A DNA stretch of 64,000 bases from positions 18,124,341 to 18,188,340 of the forward strand of contig NC_083409.1 of assembly GCF_020745735.1 (NCBI RefSeq), read 5' to 3'. Below the pieces are notes generated by a model. The model was given only the letters and a program-made list of their open reading frames with translations, was not told the origin of the DNA and searched no databases. Both the position numbers and the translations under genes were made by a program. Source of the stretch: Hemiscyllium ocellatum. Lineage: Eukaryota. Numbering within the stretch: the first letter of the stretch is position 1; every line of letters starts with the position of its first letter. This document shows positions 53,037-63,182 of this stretch, one piece after another.

Positions 53037-53076
53037 GCAAACATTTCGCCCCCTGGCTAGGAGACATCATCAGTGC
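53037..53076 (-). ncRNA. Minimal hammerhead ribozyme motif (Penelope arm)
   Basis: Minus strand: GCA-CUGAUGA-U-GUCUCCU(AGCC)AGGGGGC-GAAA-UGU-U-UGC. Confidence 0.6.
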
Positions 53077-53463
53077 TCTGGAGCCTCCTGCGAAGCGCTT
53101 CTTTGATATTTGTTCCGACATTTATAGTGGTCTGTCCTTGCCGCTTCCGGGTGTCAGTTTCAGCTGTCCGCTGTAGTGGTTGGTATATTGGGTCCAGGTT
53201 GATGTGTTTGTTGATGGAGTTTGTGGATGAATGCCGTGCCTCTAGGAATTCCCTGGCTGTTCTCTGTCTGGCTTGCCCTATGATAGTAGTGTTTTCCCAG
53301 TCGAATTCATGTTGCTTGTTGTCTGAGTGTGTGGCTACTAGGGATAGCTGGTCGTGTCGTTTCGTGGCTAGTTGGTGTTCATGTATGCGGATTGTTAGCT
53401 GTCTTCCTGTTTGTCCTATATAGTGTTTTGTGCAGTCCTTGCATGGTATTTTATAAACTACAT

Positions 53464-53775
53464 GGGCGGCACGGTGGCACAGTGGTCAGCACTGCTGCCT
53501 CACAGCGCCTGCAGACCCGGGTTCAATTCCCGACTCAGGCGACTGACTGTGTGGAGTTTGCAAGTTCTCCCCGTGTCTGCGTGGGTTTCCTCCGGGTGCT
53601 CCGGTTTCCTCCCACAGTCACAAAGATGTGCAGGTTAGGTGAATTGGCCATGCTAAATTGCCCGTAGTGTTAGGTAAGGGGTAAATGTAGGGGTATGGGT
53701 GGGTTGCACTTCGGCGGGTCGGTGTGGACTTGTTGGGCCGAAGGGCCTGTTTCCACACTGTAAGTCTAATCTAAT
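53464..53775 (+). mobile_element. HE1-type SINE nested in the Penelope element
   Basis: A/B boxes, (TAATC)n tail, CTACAT duplication at 53458-53463 and 53776-53781. Confidence 0.93.
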
Positions 53776-54124
53776 CTACATTAGTTTTGCTCATGTTGGG
53801 TATTGGCTCCTTTGTTCTAGTAAGTTGTTGTCTGAGCGTGGCTGTTGGTTTGTGTGCCGTTATGAGTCCTAGGGGTCGCAGTAGTCTGGCTGTCAGTTCT
53901 GAAAAGCTCCTGATGTATGGTAGTGTGGCTAGTCCTAAAAAAGCCAGGGAATTCCTAGAGGCATGGCATTCATCCACAAATTCCATCAACAGACACATCG
54001 ACCTGGACCCAGTATACCAACCACTACAGCGGACAGCTGAAACTGACACCCGGAAGTGGCAAGGACAGACCACTATAAAATGCCGGAAGAAACATCAAAG
54101 AAGCGCTTCGCAGGAGGCTCCAGA

Positions 54125-54164
54125 GCACTGATGATGTCTCCTAGCCAGGGGGCGAAACGTTTGC
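54125..54164 (+). ncRNA. Minimal hammerhead ribozyme motif, intact core
   Basis: GCA-CUGAUGA-U-GUCUCCU(AGCC)AGGGGGC-GAAA-CGU-U-UGC; helix I GCA/UGC, palindromic ACGU helix III. Confidence 0.7.
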
Positions 54165-56613
54165 AACAAAAACTTCCAGCTCGGCGAACAGAACCACTAC
54201 AACATTGTCCATTTGTATCACAGAATGAACAAAACAGCACACTGTGAAGACAATCACAAGTTACACCAAAGTACTTTTCTTATCACAGGGGACATTTTCA
54301 TTGTGGTACGATAAGTACCCTGCTTCTGAAGCTGGACACACTCTCTGCATCTTTACAGTTTATTCTTTACTGATCAGGGACAGTGAAGCAGCTGCCCTCT
54401 AGTGGCAAGAGAGCGCTTGCCCTGCTGCTGAGGATTATGGGTAAAGTCCCCTTCCATTCGCGCCCACACAAACCAGCACCCACTTCAGCTGCTTTATTGA
54501 AAACCACAAACTTTCAAGGGGCTGCTCTTTCAACGGTGTAACATCAGTTGAGGCCAAGCCAACTTGTCATATAGCTGAGCACATCTTCCTGGCTTTTAGA
54601 GACACACAATTATACGAATTAGGGACAGATGAAGGAGATTCATCCTCTTGATCCTGTTCCACATGGTGGATCTGATTATTCCACATTCTTGCCTAACTCT
54701 GATAGATTACTGATAAGCAAGGGCTGAAAGGCTGTCTAATTCTTCATTACAAGTATTCAGAGATTTCTGTTGACCTTTTGAACAAGAGTTTCAAAGACCT
54801 ATGACTGTATGCAAGACAAAGAATTCTGCTTTTCTCATTCTTAAATGAGGGAACATATTTTAGTTTTGCATTACCCACGAAAACGTAACATTTTTTTCAC
54901 ATCCAGACTGTATTCTATGCTAATGTTGATATGGCATCTGCTTTATCAGCTGCTCTCACATGAAAACAGCTGCCTGTGCTGACACCTTCAGTGACTAATG
55001 CACATAAGCATCCAGGTCCTTCTGCCCCTCCAGCTATCCATATTTGTATCCTTTAATTTGATTTGTCTCACCACATTTTCCTTCCAAAATGAATCACCGA
55101 CATCTCTTTCCATTAAATTGTATCTGCAATCATCTGCTCATTCCATTATCTTACCGACATCCTTTATGAAATTCGACACTATCTTCTTCATAAGCCGCAA
55201 TACTTCAAAGTTTTATATCATCAGAAAACTTTGAAATTATGCCTTGTACACTCAGGTTAACATAGATTTATTGTGAACATTTATTTTAAATAAATTATCA
55301 TCTGTTTTGACCAAATCCCCCAGTCAGTTCGGCCATGGCTAACCTGGAACACATTCCCCCTTAGTTCTGTAAACCTTACTGTCCTGAGCGAACGAACATC
55401 GAACCCCGGCCTTGACAGCTTTTCCAAATGCAAGTACCAGATTTTCACACTTTTTCAGAAGGAGTTCTTCCTGAAATCATCCTAATTTTAATTTTAACAA
55501 CCCTCTTGTTCTGAACTCTGGCACTGGAGAAAACAATTTACATCAACATTGTTAATCATTTCCAGAGGAAAAGCCTTACTTGTACAACCTATTTGCTCTC
55601 ATTAACAGTTTCAGGTCTGAAGGTGACATGACAGACTGGATACTGAGAGGATGGTTCCTGTTGTAGGGCAGACAAGAACCAGAGGGTCAATTTAACACAA
55701 AGCAGTCTCCCGTTTAAAACCAGGAGGCTTTGTTTTGACGGCTGAGAGTTGACAGTCTGTGGAATTCTCTTCTCTACATGGGAATGGAGCTTGGGTTTAC
55801 TCAAGGTTGAGGTAGACAGATTTTTGATGAACATGGCAGTTAAGTGTAATGGGAGAATTGGGGGAAGCAGAAAGTACAGCTGAGACCACACCCAGATGAG
55901 CAATGATCTTCTTTCATTGGCACAGCAGCTCCCAAAAGGCCTGCTCCTGCTCCTGGGCCCTATGTTCTGGCAGTGGCTGCAGCAATCCTGGACTCCCATC
56001 TTTCCTTTGTCACTCACTGACAGAAATATAATTTCAAAACAAACATTATTTTCTTTAACAAACTCAACTCAACTCTCGTTACATTATTTTTCTCAGCTGT
56101 CTTCTTATCGCCACAGGGTTTTGGAAACATACGTTTTGTCTTCAGTTGGAAGGGAGGCAGACAGAGACAGAGCGAGGCCTCAGAGAACACAGAGAGCTCT
56201 CACTCTGCACAGCAAAGCTTTTTTGGGTGGGGGTGAAGAGGAGAGAATCATGGGGAAAAGAGAACTTAGAGTTCAAAATAAAAGCTCTTCGCATATTGCC
56301 ATCACTCAATGAATTAATGTGAGAGGATTGGAGACCCAGAACAATGAGAGTGTGGTGCATCAGAGGCTAAAAGGCAGACATTATTCCTTCTGAGGGCATG
56401 AATGCCAGTGATAAGCCTCAAATGTATTGCCCATCTCCAGCTGCTCGGACTGAGTTCTTTGCTGAACCAGATCATGGAGCCGTTAAGAATTTATTGAGTC
56501 AGTGTGAGACTGGAGTCACAAGACCGGGTGATGACTGGGTTCCCTTGCCCAAAGAACATTCATGAACATGACGTTAAGTTTCATGGGTTTTTTTGTTCAG
56601 ATCCCAATGATGA

Positions 56614-58141
56614 TGTAGACCCCCGTGCAGGACCCCTCGATCTCATGATCGGTCAAAAGAATCACTAGGATTACGGTCTGGTTAAAGCAAGGTTACTAGT
56701 TTAATAAATTAAGGCAGTCTGCGCAGATTTGTCCAGCAACACAGAGGTTGAAAGCTTCTATGTTCCATGGACAAATGGCACAATTATATGCAAAAATTAC
56801 ACATTATTTATATGTTTTTTAAGAGATAGGACAGCCTTAAGTACAAGCAAAGACCAATCACATATAATAAGTTGACATGATTTACAGCAGGTTAATACAA
56901 TGATATTTCCTGGGAAAGGGTTCTTAATTACAAGAAAAGTTCGATCAACCATAATAAAGTGATATGATTGCCAACAGGCCAGTCCAATGATATTCCCTGG
57001 GAAACAGATTGCTATATTCAAAGTTTGTGAGAAGTTTTGTAGCTCGGGTGCTCGTTGTTGTGGTTCTGTTCGCCGAGCTGGGAGTTTTTGTTGCAAACAT
57101 TTCGTCCCCTTTCTAGGTGACATCTTCAGTGCTTGGGAGCCTCCTGTGAAACGCTTCTGTGCTGATTCCTCTGGCATTTATAGTGGTTTGAATATGCCGC
57201 TTCCGGTTGTCAGTTGCTGTTCGCTGCAGTGGTCGGCCAAAGGACTGGCCACACTACCATATATCAGGAGCATTTCTGAACTGACAGCCAGACTGCTGCG
57301 ACCACTAGGACTCATAACAGCACACAAACCAACAGCCACTCTCAGACAACAACTCACCAGGACAAAGGACCCGATACCCAGTAGGAGCAAAACCAATGTA
57401 GTGTACAAAATCCCATGCAAGGACTGCACAAAACACTACATAGGACAAACAGGAAGACAGCTAACAACCCGCATCCATGAACACCAACTAGCCATGAAAC
57501 GACACGAACAGCTATCCCTAGTCGCCATACACTCAGATGACAAACAACACGAATTCGATTGGGACAACACCACTATTATAGGGCAGGCCAAACAGAGAGC
57601 AGCCAGGGAATTCCTAGAGGCATGGCACTCATCCACAAATTCTATCAACAGACACATCAAACTAGACCCTATATACCGGCCACTGCAGCGGACAGCGACT
57701 GACAACTGGAAGCGGCAGATTCAAACCAGTATAAATGCCAGAGGAATCAGCACAGAAGCACTTCACAGGAGGCTCCCAAGCACTGAAGATGTCACCTAGA
57801 AAGGGGACAAAACGTTTGCAACAAAAACTCCCAGCTCGGCGAACAGAACCACAACAACAGACTGTTAGATGCACAGAATTACCCCAGGTTTGCTAGTTCA
57901 GGATTAGTTCAAATACCAAATCACTGTCTTATAATTCCTATTCTGAAAAATCCATTGTATTCTCTGAACTTGTATTTAGCTTAACCCAGCAAAGCAGCAG
58001 CACAAGTTCACAAGAGTCAAATCATTACTTTCAGCCATGCTGTTGTGTTATTATAAATTGAAAATCCGTTTTGTTGTTAATAAAAATCTACATATATTTG
58101 TTGCTTCTGACAACAACCTAAATTCAACTTTTAGATCCTCA
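56614..58141 (-). mobile_element. 3' LTR of an endogenous retrovirus (~680 bp net), interrupted by a Penelope insertion
   Basis: Minus strand begins TG at 58141 right after a PPT and ends ...TCTACA at 56614; TATAAA (56807-56812) and ATTAAA (56700-56705) lie in U3-R order. Confidence 0.8.
57018..57856. mobile_element. Penelope-type insertion with GIY-YIG endonuclease fragment and inverted arm
   Basis: VVYKIPCKDCTKHYIGQTGRQLTTRIHEH in ORF 56987..57799; 57055-57238 is the reverse complement of ~57677-57860; decayed TSD ACAGATTGCTATA / ACAGACTGTTAGA; hammerhead cores at 57093-57132(-) and 57780-57819(+, GAAA mutated). Confidence 0.92.
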
Positions 58142-58152
58142 TTCCCCCCTTT
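58142..58152 (-). other. Retroviral polypurine tract
   Basis: AAAGGGGGGAA on the minus strand immediately before the LTR TG and a few nt after the env stop. Confidence 0.85.
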
Positions 58153-58158
58153 GTCATT

Positions 58159-59888
58159 CTATGACCACACCATAAAGGCATGGATCAAATTAACCCAATC
58201 CAAGGGCAGCGAAAGACTGCAGTATTTTCTCTTCCTCCGAAGATGAATCAGGGGCAGGCGATGATGCTTCTCATCATCATCTAAGTGGAGAAGAAACATT
58301 CTCTGGGTGGTGCCAATGTTGTCAATAGAAATTAATATTTTAGCAAGAATACCCTTAATAATAGCAATACCAACAAAAAGACCAACTAAAACAATAGCAG
58401 CTTACATAGCCATATTAATTAGCCAGTTGTACCATGAGCCAAAACCCCAACCTCCCAATCCTGCACCTTCATTCATTTGGTTGACAAAAGTGTGGATGCT
58501 ATCTATATGCCTAGTAATGTTTTCGATGGTCAAAGTGACCACCATGATACACTTTCCTTTGACTATGGTTCAAACTCCACTTTCCTTCACAAGTACATAA
58601 TCAAAAGCATAGTGATTTAGTTGGGTAAAGAGGCACAATTCTGAAAGCATGTCCCTAATTTCTATTAGGGAAGCAGTTGTCTTATTTCATGAAATCATGA
58701 GACCACAAATGAGATAATTATGGTTTTGATGACTAATAACTCCTGAAGACCCTCCTACAGAAAGAACACTAAGAGATGCATATGCCAATGAGTGAGTTTT
58801 ATTTTTTGATAGAACCCTTGCATCCTTCCATTCTGCACAAAAGTCAGGAGAAACTGAATGTTTAATCAGGGAATTTGAGTCTTGTTGCCAGGTAATTGGA
58901 CAGGGAACAGTAGTTGGAAATAGTGTTTCTACAGCTACATCATGATGTGTACCTGCTCTGTTCAGGACAAGGTAGGTATATGCCTTATTGTGACCGAAAA
59001 AATACTATCCAGGTTTAGTATAGATAATGGAGGGAACTTCCCAATAAGAATCGGGCCTAACTTTGTAACTTCCTGGAGTACCTGTGTAATTCATGATTAC
59101 ATCATTTGGCCCCGAACGTAAAGGCTGAAAATTATTTAGTTGAATGAGGTGGGTTTCTTGATAAGGGACGTGGTCGACATCCCAGAATAGGTCTACCCAT
59201 CCAATATTTGGGAAAATATTGGTGCCATTAGGGGTATCATAACGAAAGTGGGTGTTGTTACCCACCTTACAAAGGGTTTGAATACCAGTGGTAATAGAGA
59301 CACATTTCTCCTTAAGGCATACACATGAGATGCAAGGTCCTTCAAGGAAGCAGTGATGACTGATACATTTAATCATAGTACAGGGGATAATTTTAGGCAC
59401 TTTTACATAAGTGCATCCTTCTCATCCCTGGAAGAATAAAAGGGGTCAGGGAGTCTCTTGCTGAAGTAAGGACATAACAAAGTTCTTCATTCTCTCCAAA
59501 TATTTTATTATGGGTTTTTAGAAACATATTGCTAGTGAAGGATAGCATCCCCCCTTTGTCTATTTTAACATGATCTATCTGAAAGGGGACAAGGCTTACC
59601 AGGGATGCCCATTGTACAAATGTAATCAACTGGCACACAACACCTTTACAGGGTAAAGACCATTTAGACTTGTTCTGTAAATTTACTGTTCAATCTTTTT
59701 GATGCAGTTGATCACTGCAATGGTCATTCTTGGTAACATTCACCTTCTCGGTACACAAGGACATCTTCCTGGCGTCGTTGGTACACAGTCTCTGTTTGCT
59801 CAGGATCACACAGGTAAACTGTCCCTTCTTATGCACCAATGCTGGCAATGGCAAGTCCACACAGCAGGTCAAGTTTGATCTTTATCAT
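58159..59888 (-). pseudogene. env: Endogenous retrovirus envelope (env) pseudogene; start position uncertain
   Basis: One frame 59400-58159 with 4 internal stops: Cys-rich SU, PG*YFFGHNKAYTYL SU motif, ISD-like QLNHYAFDYVLVKESGV*TIVKGKC, Trp-rich MPER GWGFGSWYNW, hydrophobic TM; frameshifted upstream pieces (59393..59638). Confidence 0.9.
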
Positions 59889-60934
59889 CTCCCTCTTGCA
59901 AGGTAGGAGGCCGCGGAGTGTCCATTGTAATAAAATATAAACCATTTCCTCCTTGTATATACAATATACACATAATCAATTAAAATAGGCAGCAGCAAAG
60001 AAGGAACACAAACTCATCTCGTAAGAGTCACCCATATTCTGGTTTGAGTATTGAGGGAGTACCCTATTTGAGGCCATAATTTGTGCTCTTCAGCAGGCTA
60101 AGAGCAATTTTGAAATAAATAATTCTCAAATTAATCACGTTCAAATAGCCCACTTGAGTAAATACATTGCCCACACTGGCAAAAGGCTCGTTCATTTTAA
60201 ACTCTGCACTCGAGATTCCTTTCCTACCCATTATTTTCTTACTTTATACGGAGGAGCCCAGGCATGGGTGAATTAAGCAAACCTATTTTTTATAATCCAG
60301 CTTTGCTAGGATGTAATAATCCTCTAAGTTTTGTTACTAAAAACATCAATATTACCTAAAATTTAGATTAGTACTGCAATATATTGTATTCTCTAAAAAA
60401 AAATCATACATTAACCTTTAACCCAATCAAATGGCCTGAGCTACAGCTGTAGTTGACAGTATTTAGAATTCAGTGTAGAAACCAGATGGGGATTTTGAGC
60501 AGAGAAGTTGGTGATGAATATTGCATGGAGGGCAATGCTGCCCCCAAATTATGGTAACATGACACAAAGCTTTCAATCCAAACTGAAATTTTCTAATATT
60601 AAGCTAACCCTAGAATTTAGACTGGTACTGTCTTAAAATTATAAACCATCATTGTTCAGTATCAAATATTTAAGTGAAGATAATAGCTCAGCCAGACACT
60701 CCTTCTTAGATCTAACAGCCCAATCCAAAGATAAATCAAATTAACCACTGTGCATTCTTATAAGCTCCATACACAATGCGAAGACATTTTGGCTTAGCGT
60801 CTACGTATGAAACTAAATCACATGATAATTCAGTCAGTAGTACCTTGTAATATAAAGTACCTGTAATTATTGCAGAAATGGAAATTTTCAAATTACTTCC
60901 AAATTTCTAAACAATATGGAAAGCAATCCAAACA

Positions 60935-61350
60935 TTGGGAGTTCCATCTGCTATATCTCTATCCCCCAATCACATGCAGAATTTCTTCAACTAGCCAGGA
61001 AGGTAGCTTTCCATTCTTTAATTAACAATGAATTAATGCAGCCATGTTTTAAATTAACCATGAGGCAATGGGACAGGTCACTGACAACGTGTAAAGGGAT
61101 AAAAACAAGCGACCCCACCAAATAATTTTGATTTGGGCTAATATAATTGATTATTATAAATATTATAAAATATTATTATAAACTAATAAATAAAATGATC
61201 ATTATCTCTAATACATGGTGGGAACCCAACAAGTGACTTAGACATTTTAAAAACTGTACTCTGCTGCTTTATTCTTCTTATTGAATCATTCTCTTCCCTT
61301 CTGTACATGATCTCCTTGCTTCTATTTTCTTTTTAACCTTATTTACCCAA
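60935..61350. repeat. ~415-bp direct repeat, copy 1 (copy 2 at 62767-63182)
   Basis: About 20 differences by hand count (~95% identity); AT-rich core. Confidence 0.95.
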
Positions 61351-61529
61351 TCTAAACCGGTATGATGACAGTCAGTAAGCAATACAGAAATCAACCTCTA
61401 CATTGTGAATTGGCACTGAACAGACAGGTTCATTCCTCCATGATTTCTGCACCTTACCCAGGTCTGGCACACACATCCTTGTACTGTGTCTAACCGGGTC
61501 TTGCTGGGGACCCAGTGGGATCAGAAGTT

Positions 61530-61775
61530 TGGGGTGTAAGGCTGCCTGCTTGGCAGCTGCATCGACTTGCCTCCTACTTTAGAAACAGTATCAGTTTCTT
61601 CAGCATGAGCCGAACATATTGACAATTGTCAGATTGATTGGACAAAGTAACATTACTATAACACTGCCCCCTTGAGGTTAAAAGTCTTCAATGTTCCCAC
61701 AAGGCTCCAAAATCGTGGATCATATTAAAAGCACAATGAAGAATCAGTGCATATTAGTTGATTTTCCTTTTGATA
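61530..61775 (-). pseudogene. pol: Retroviral pol RNase H remnant
   Basis: GKSTN-(frameshift)-TDS-(frameshift)-HCAFNMIHDFGALWEH*RLLTSRG...VDAAAKQAAL. Confidence 0.8.
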
Positions 61776-61809
61776 GGATGAAAACATGTCCATTCCCAAC
61801 GTCAGCACA

Positions 61810-62760
61810 GATGTACATTACTCCCCATTGGCTACATTTCAACAGTTAAAGCAAGGGCCAGGCATTTGTCCCTGGGGGATTTTGCTGTCTTGTTGCCAGT
61901 CTCAAAGGTGAAATACTGGGGCTTGCCTGTTCCCATTTTCAGGATCCCCTCGGGAAAAGAGTGTCCAGCAGTGCTCGTCGGGAGGGCACATGAGGTAGTT
62001 CCACCCCCAGTGGGTATCCTGGTTCCAAACAACCCTATCAGGGCTGGCATACGGCATTTGGGATCACGTGGGCGCTGGATACAATTGGTTTTACCTGTAA
62101 CTTGCATCATGGTTCAGTCCGGTTCTGGCTATCCCAATAGAAAACCACCACTCACTTCATTTGCAACTGGAAATTCCTGGACTGTTTCGTAATGTTGGTC
62201 TGGGTCCAGTCAGAGACTCCAGGTGGAAAACATTGCAAAAACATCAGACAGATAGGCAAATCTTACAGTCTTGTAACACAAGCCATTCATATTCAGGTTA
62301 CTCCAAGAATTTTACAGCATTTACATTTGTATCACCCTTGGACATATTGAGCAAATTTGGCCAGTTTGGTCTTGCAGTCAGGGGCATGGCTCATTAACAT
62401 AACTCTAGTTCCTGGGATGGGACCTGGTTTAGGATGGCACAGGCGACTTATCACCATGATATTGGCTATGAAGACGGAATGCTTCATTTCCAAAAGAAGG
62501 AAAGGTTTGCAACAAGTGGGTGGTTTAAAATTAAAGCTGGGGACAATCAGGAGATGTTTGGTGCTCTGTGGGTATACAAGAACAAAATCCCAACAAAGGG
62601 TCGGTATGCCAGACATAGGCTCGGGATTTCAAGTAGAATCTAAGTTCTTTATTTTGTGATATTGTTGCTTTAAACTTGTTTATATATTCCTCAACCTTAG
62701 TGGCCTTACACTGTTTTCTCATGTCCCTTCTTTTTATATACCTATTCACAGTCACCTCCC
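61810..62760 (-). pseudogene. gag: Retroviral gag remnant (MHR-like segment and decayed zinc knuckle)
   Basis: PGVSDWTQ.../YETVQEF at ~62170-62230; GPCFNC*NVANGE*C at ~61815-61855. Confidence 0.55.
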
Positions 62761-62766
62761 CAGCTT

Positions 62767-63182
62767 TTGGGAGTTCCATCTGCTATATCTCTATCCCCCA
62801 ATCACATGCAGAATTTCTTCAACTAGCCAGGAAGGTAGCGTTCCATTCTTTAATTAACAATGAATTAATGCAGCAATGTTTTAAATTAACCATGAGGCAA
62901 TGGGACAGGTCACTGACAATGTGTAAAGGGATAAAAACAAGTGACCCCGCCAAATAATTTTGATTTGGGATAATATAATTGATTATTATAAATATTATAA
63001 TATATTATTATAAAATAATAAATAAAATAATCATTATCTGTAATTCAGGGTGGGAACCCAACAAGTGACTAAGACATTTTAAAAACTGTACTCTGCTGCT
63101 TTATTCTTCTTATTGCATCATTCTCTTCCCTTCTGTACTTGATCTCCTTGCCTCTAGTTTCATTTTAACCTTATTTAACAAT
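62767..63182. repeat. ~415-bp direct repeat, copy 2
   Basis: Matches 60935-61350 at offset ~1832. Confidence 0.95.

Larger units (their letters stand above)
52962..54203. mobile_element. Penelope-type insertion with inverted terminal arms and 13-bp TSD
   Basis: ATTGTCCATTTGT at 52949-52961 and 54204-54216; minus arm carries the GIY-YIG region; plus arm ~53936-54203 is its inverted partial copy. Confidence 0.92.

Noticed and set aside
54208-54246. Kappa-deleting-element-like 23-RSS (TCCATTTGT-23-CACTGTG)
   Set aside because: Nonamer matches only 5/9 and overlaps a transposon TSD; other downstream heptamers (22068, 22506, 28112, 29216, 45549) lack nonamers.
58307-58600. Plus-strand hydrophobic ORF
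   Set aside because: It is the antisense shadow of the env transmembrane region.
60935-63182. Calling the 415-bp repeats the LTRs of the provirus
   Set aside because: No TSD, PBS or PPT, and env plus a genuine PPT-LTR lie outside them.
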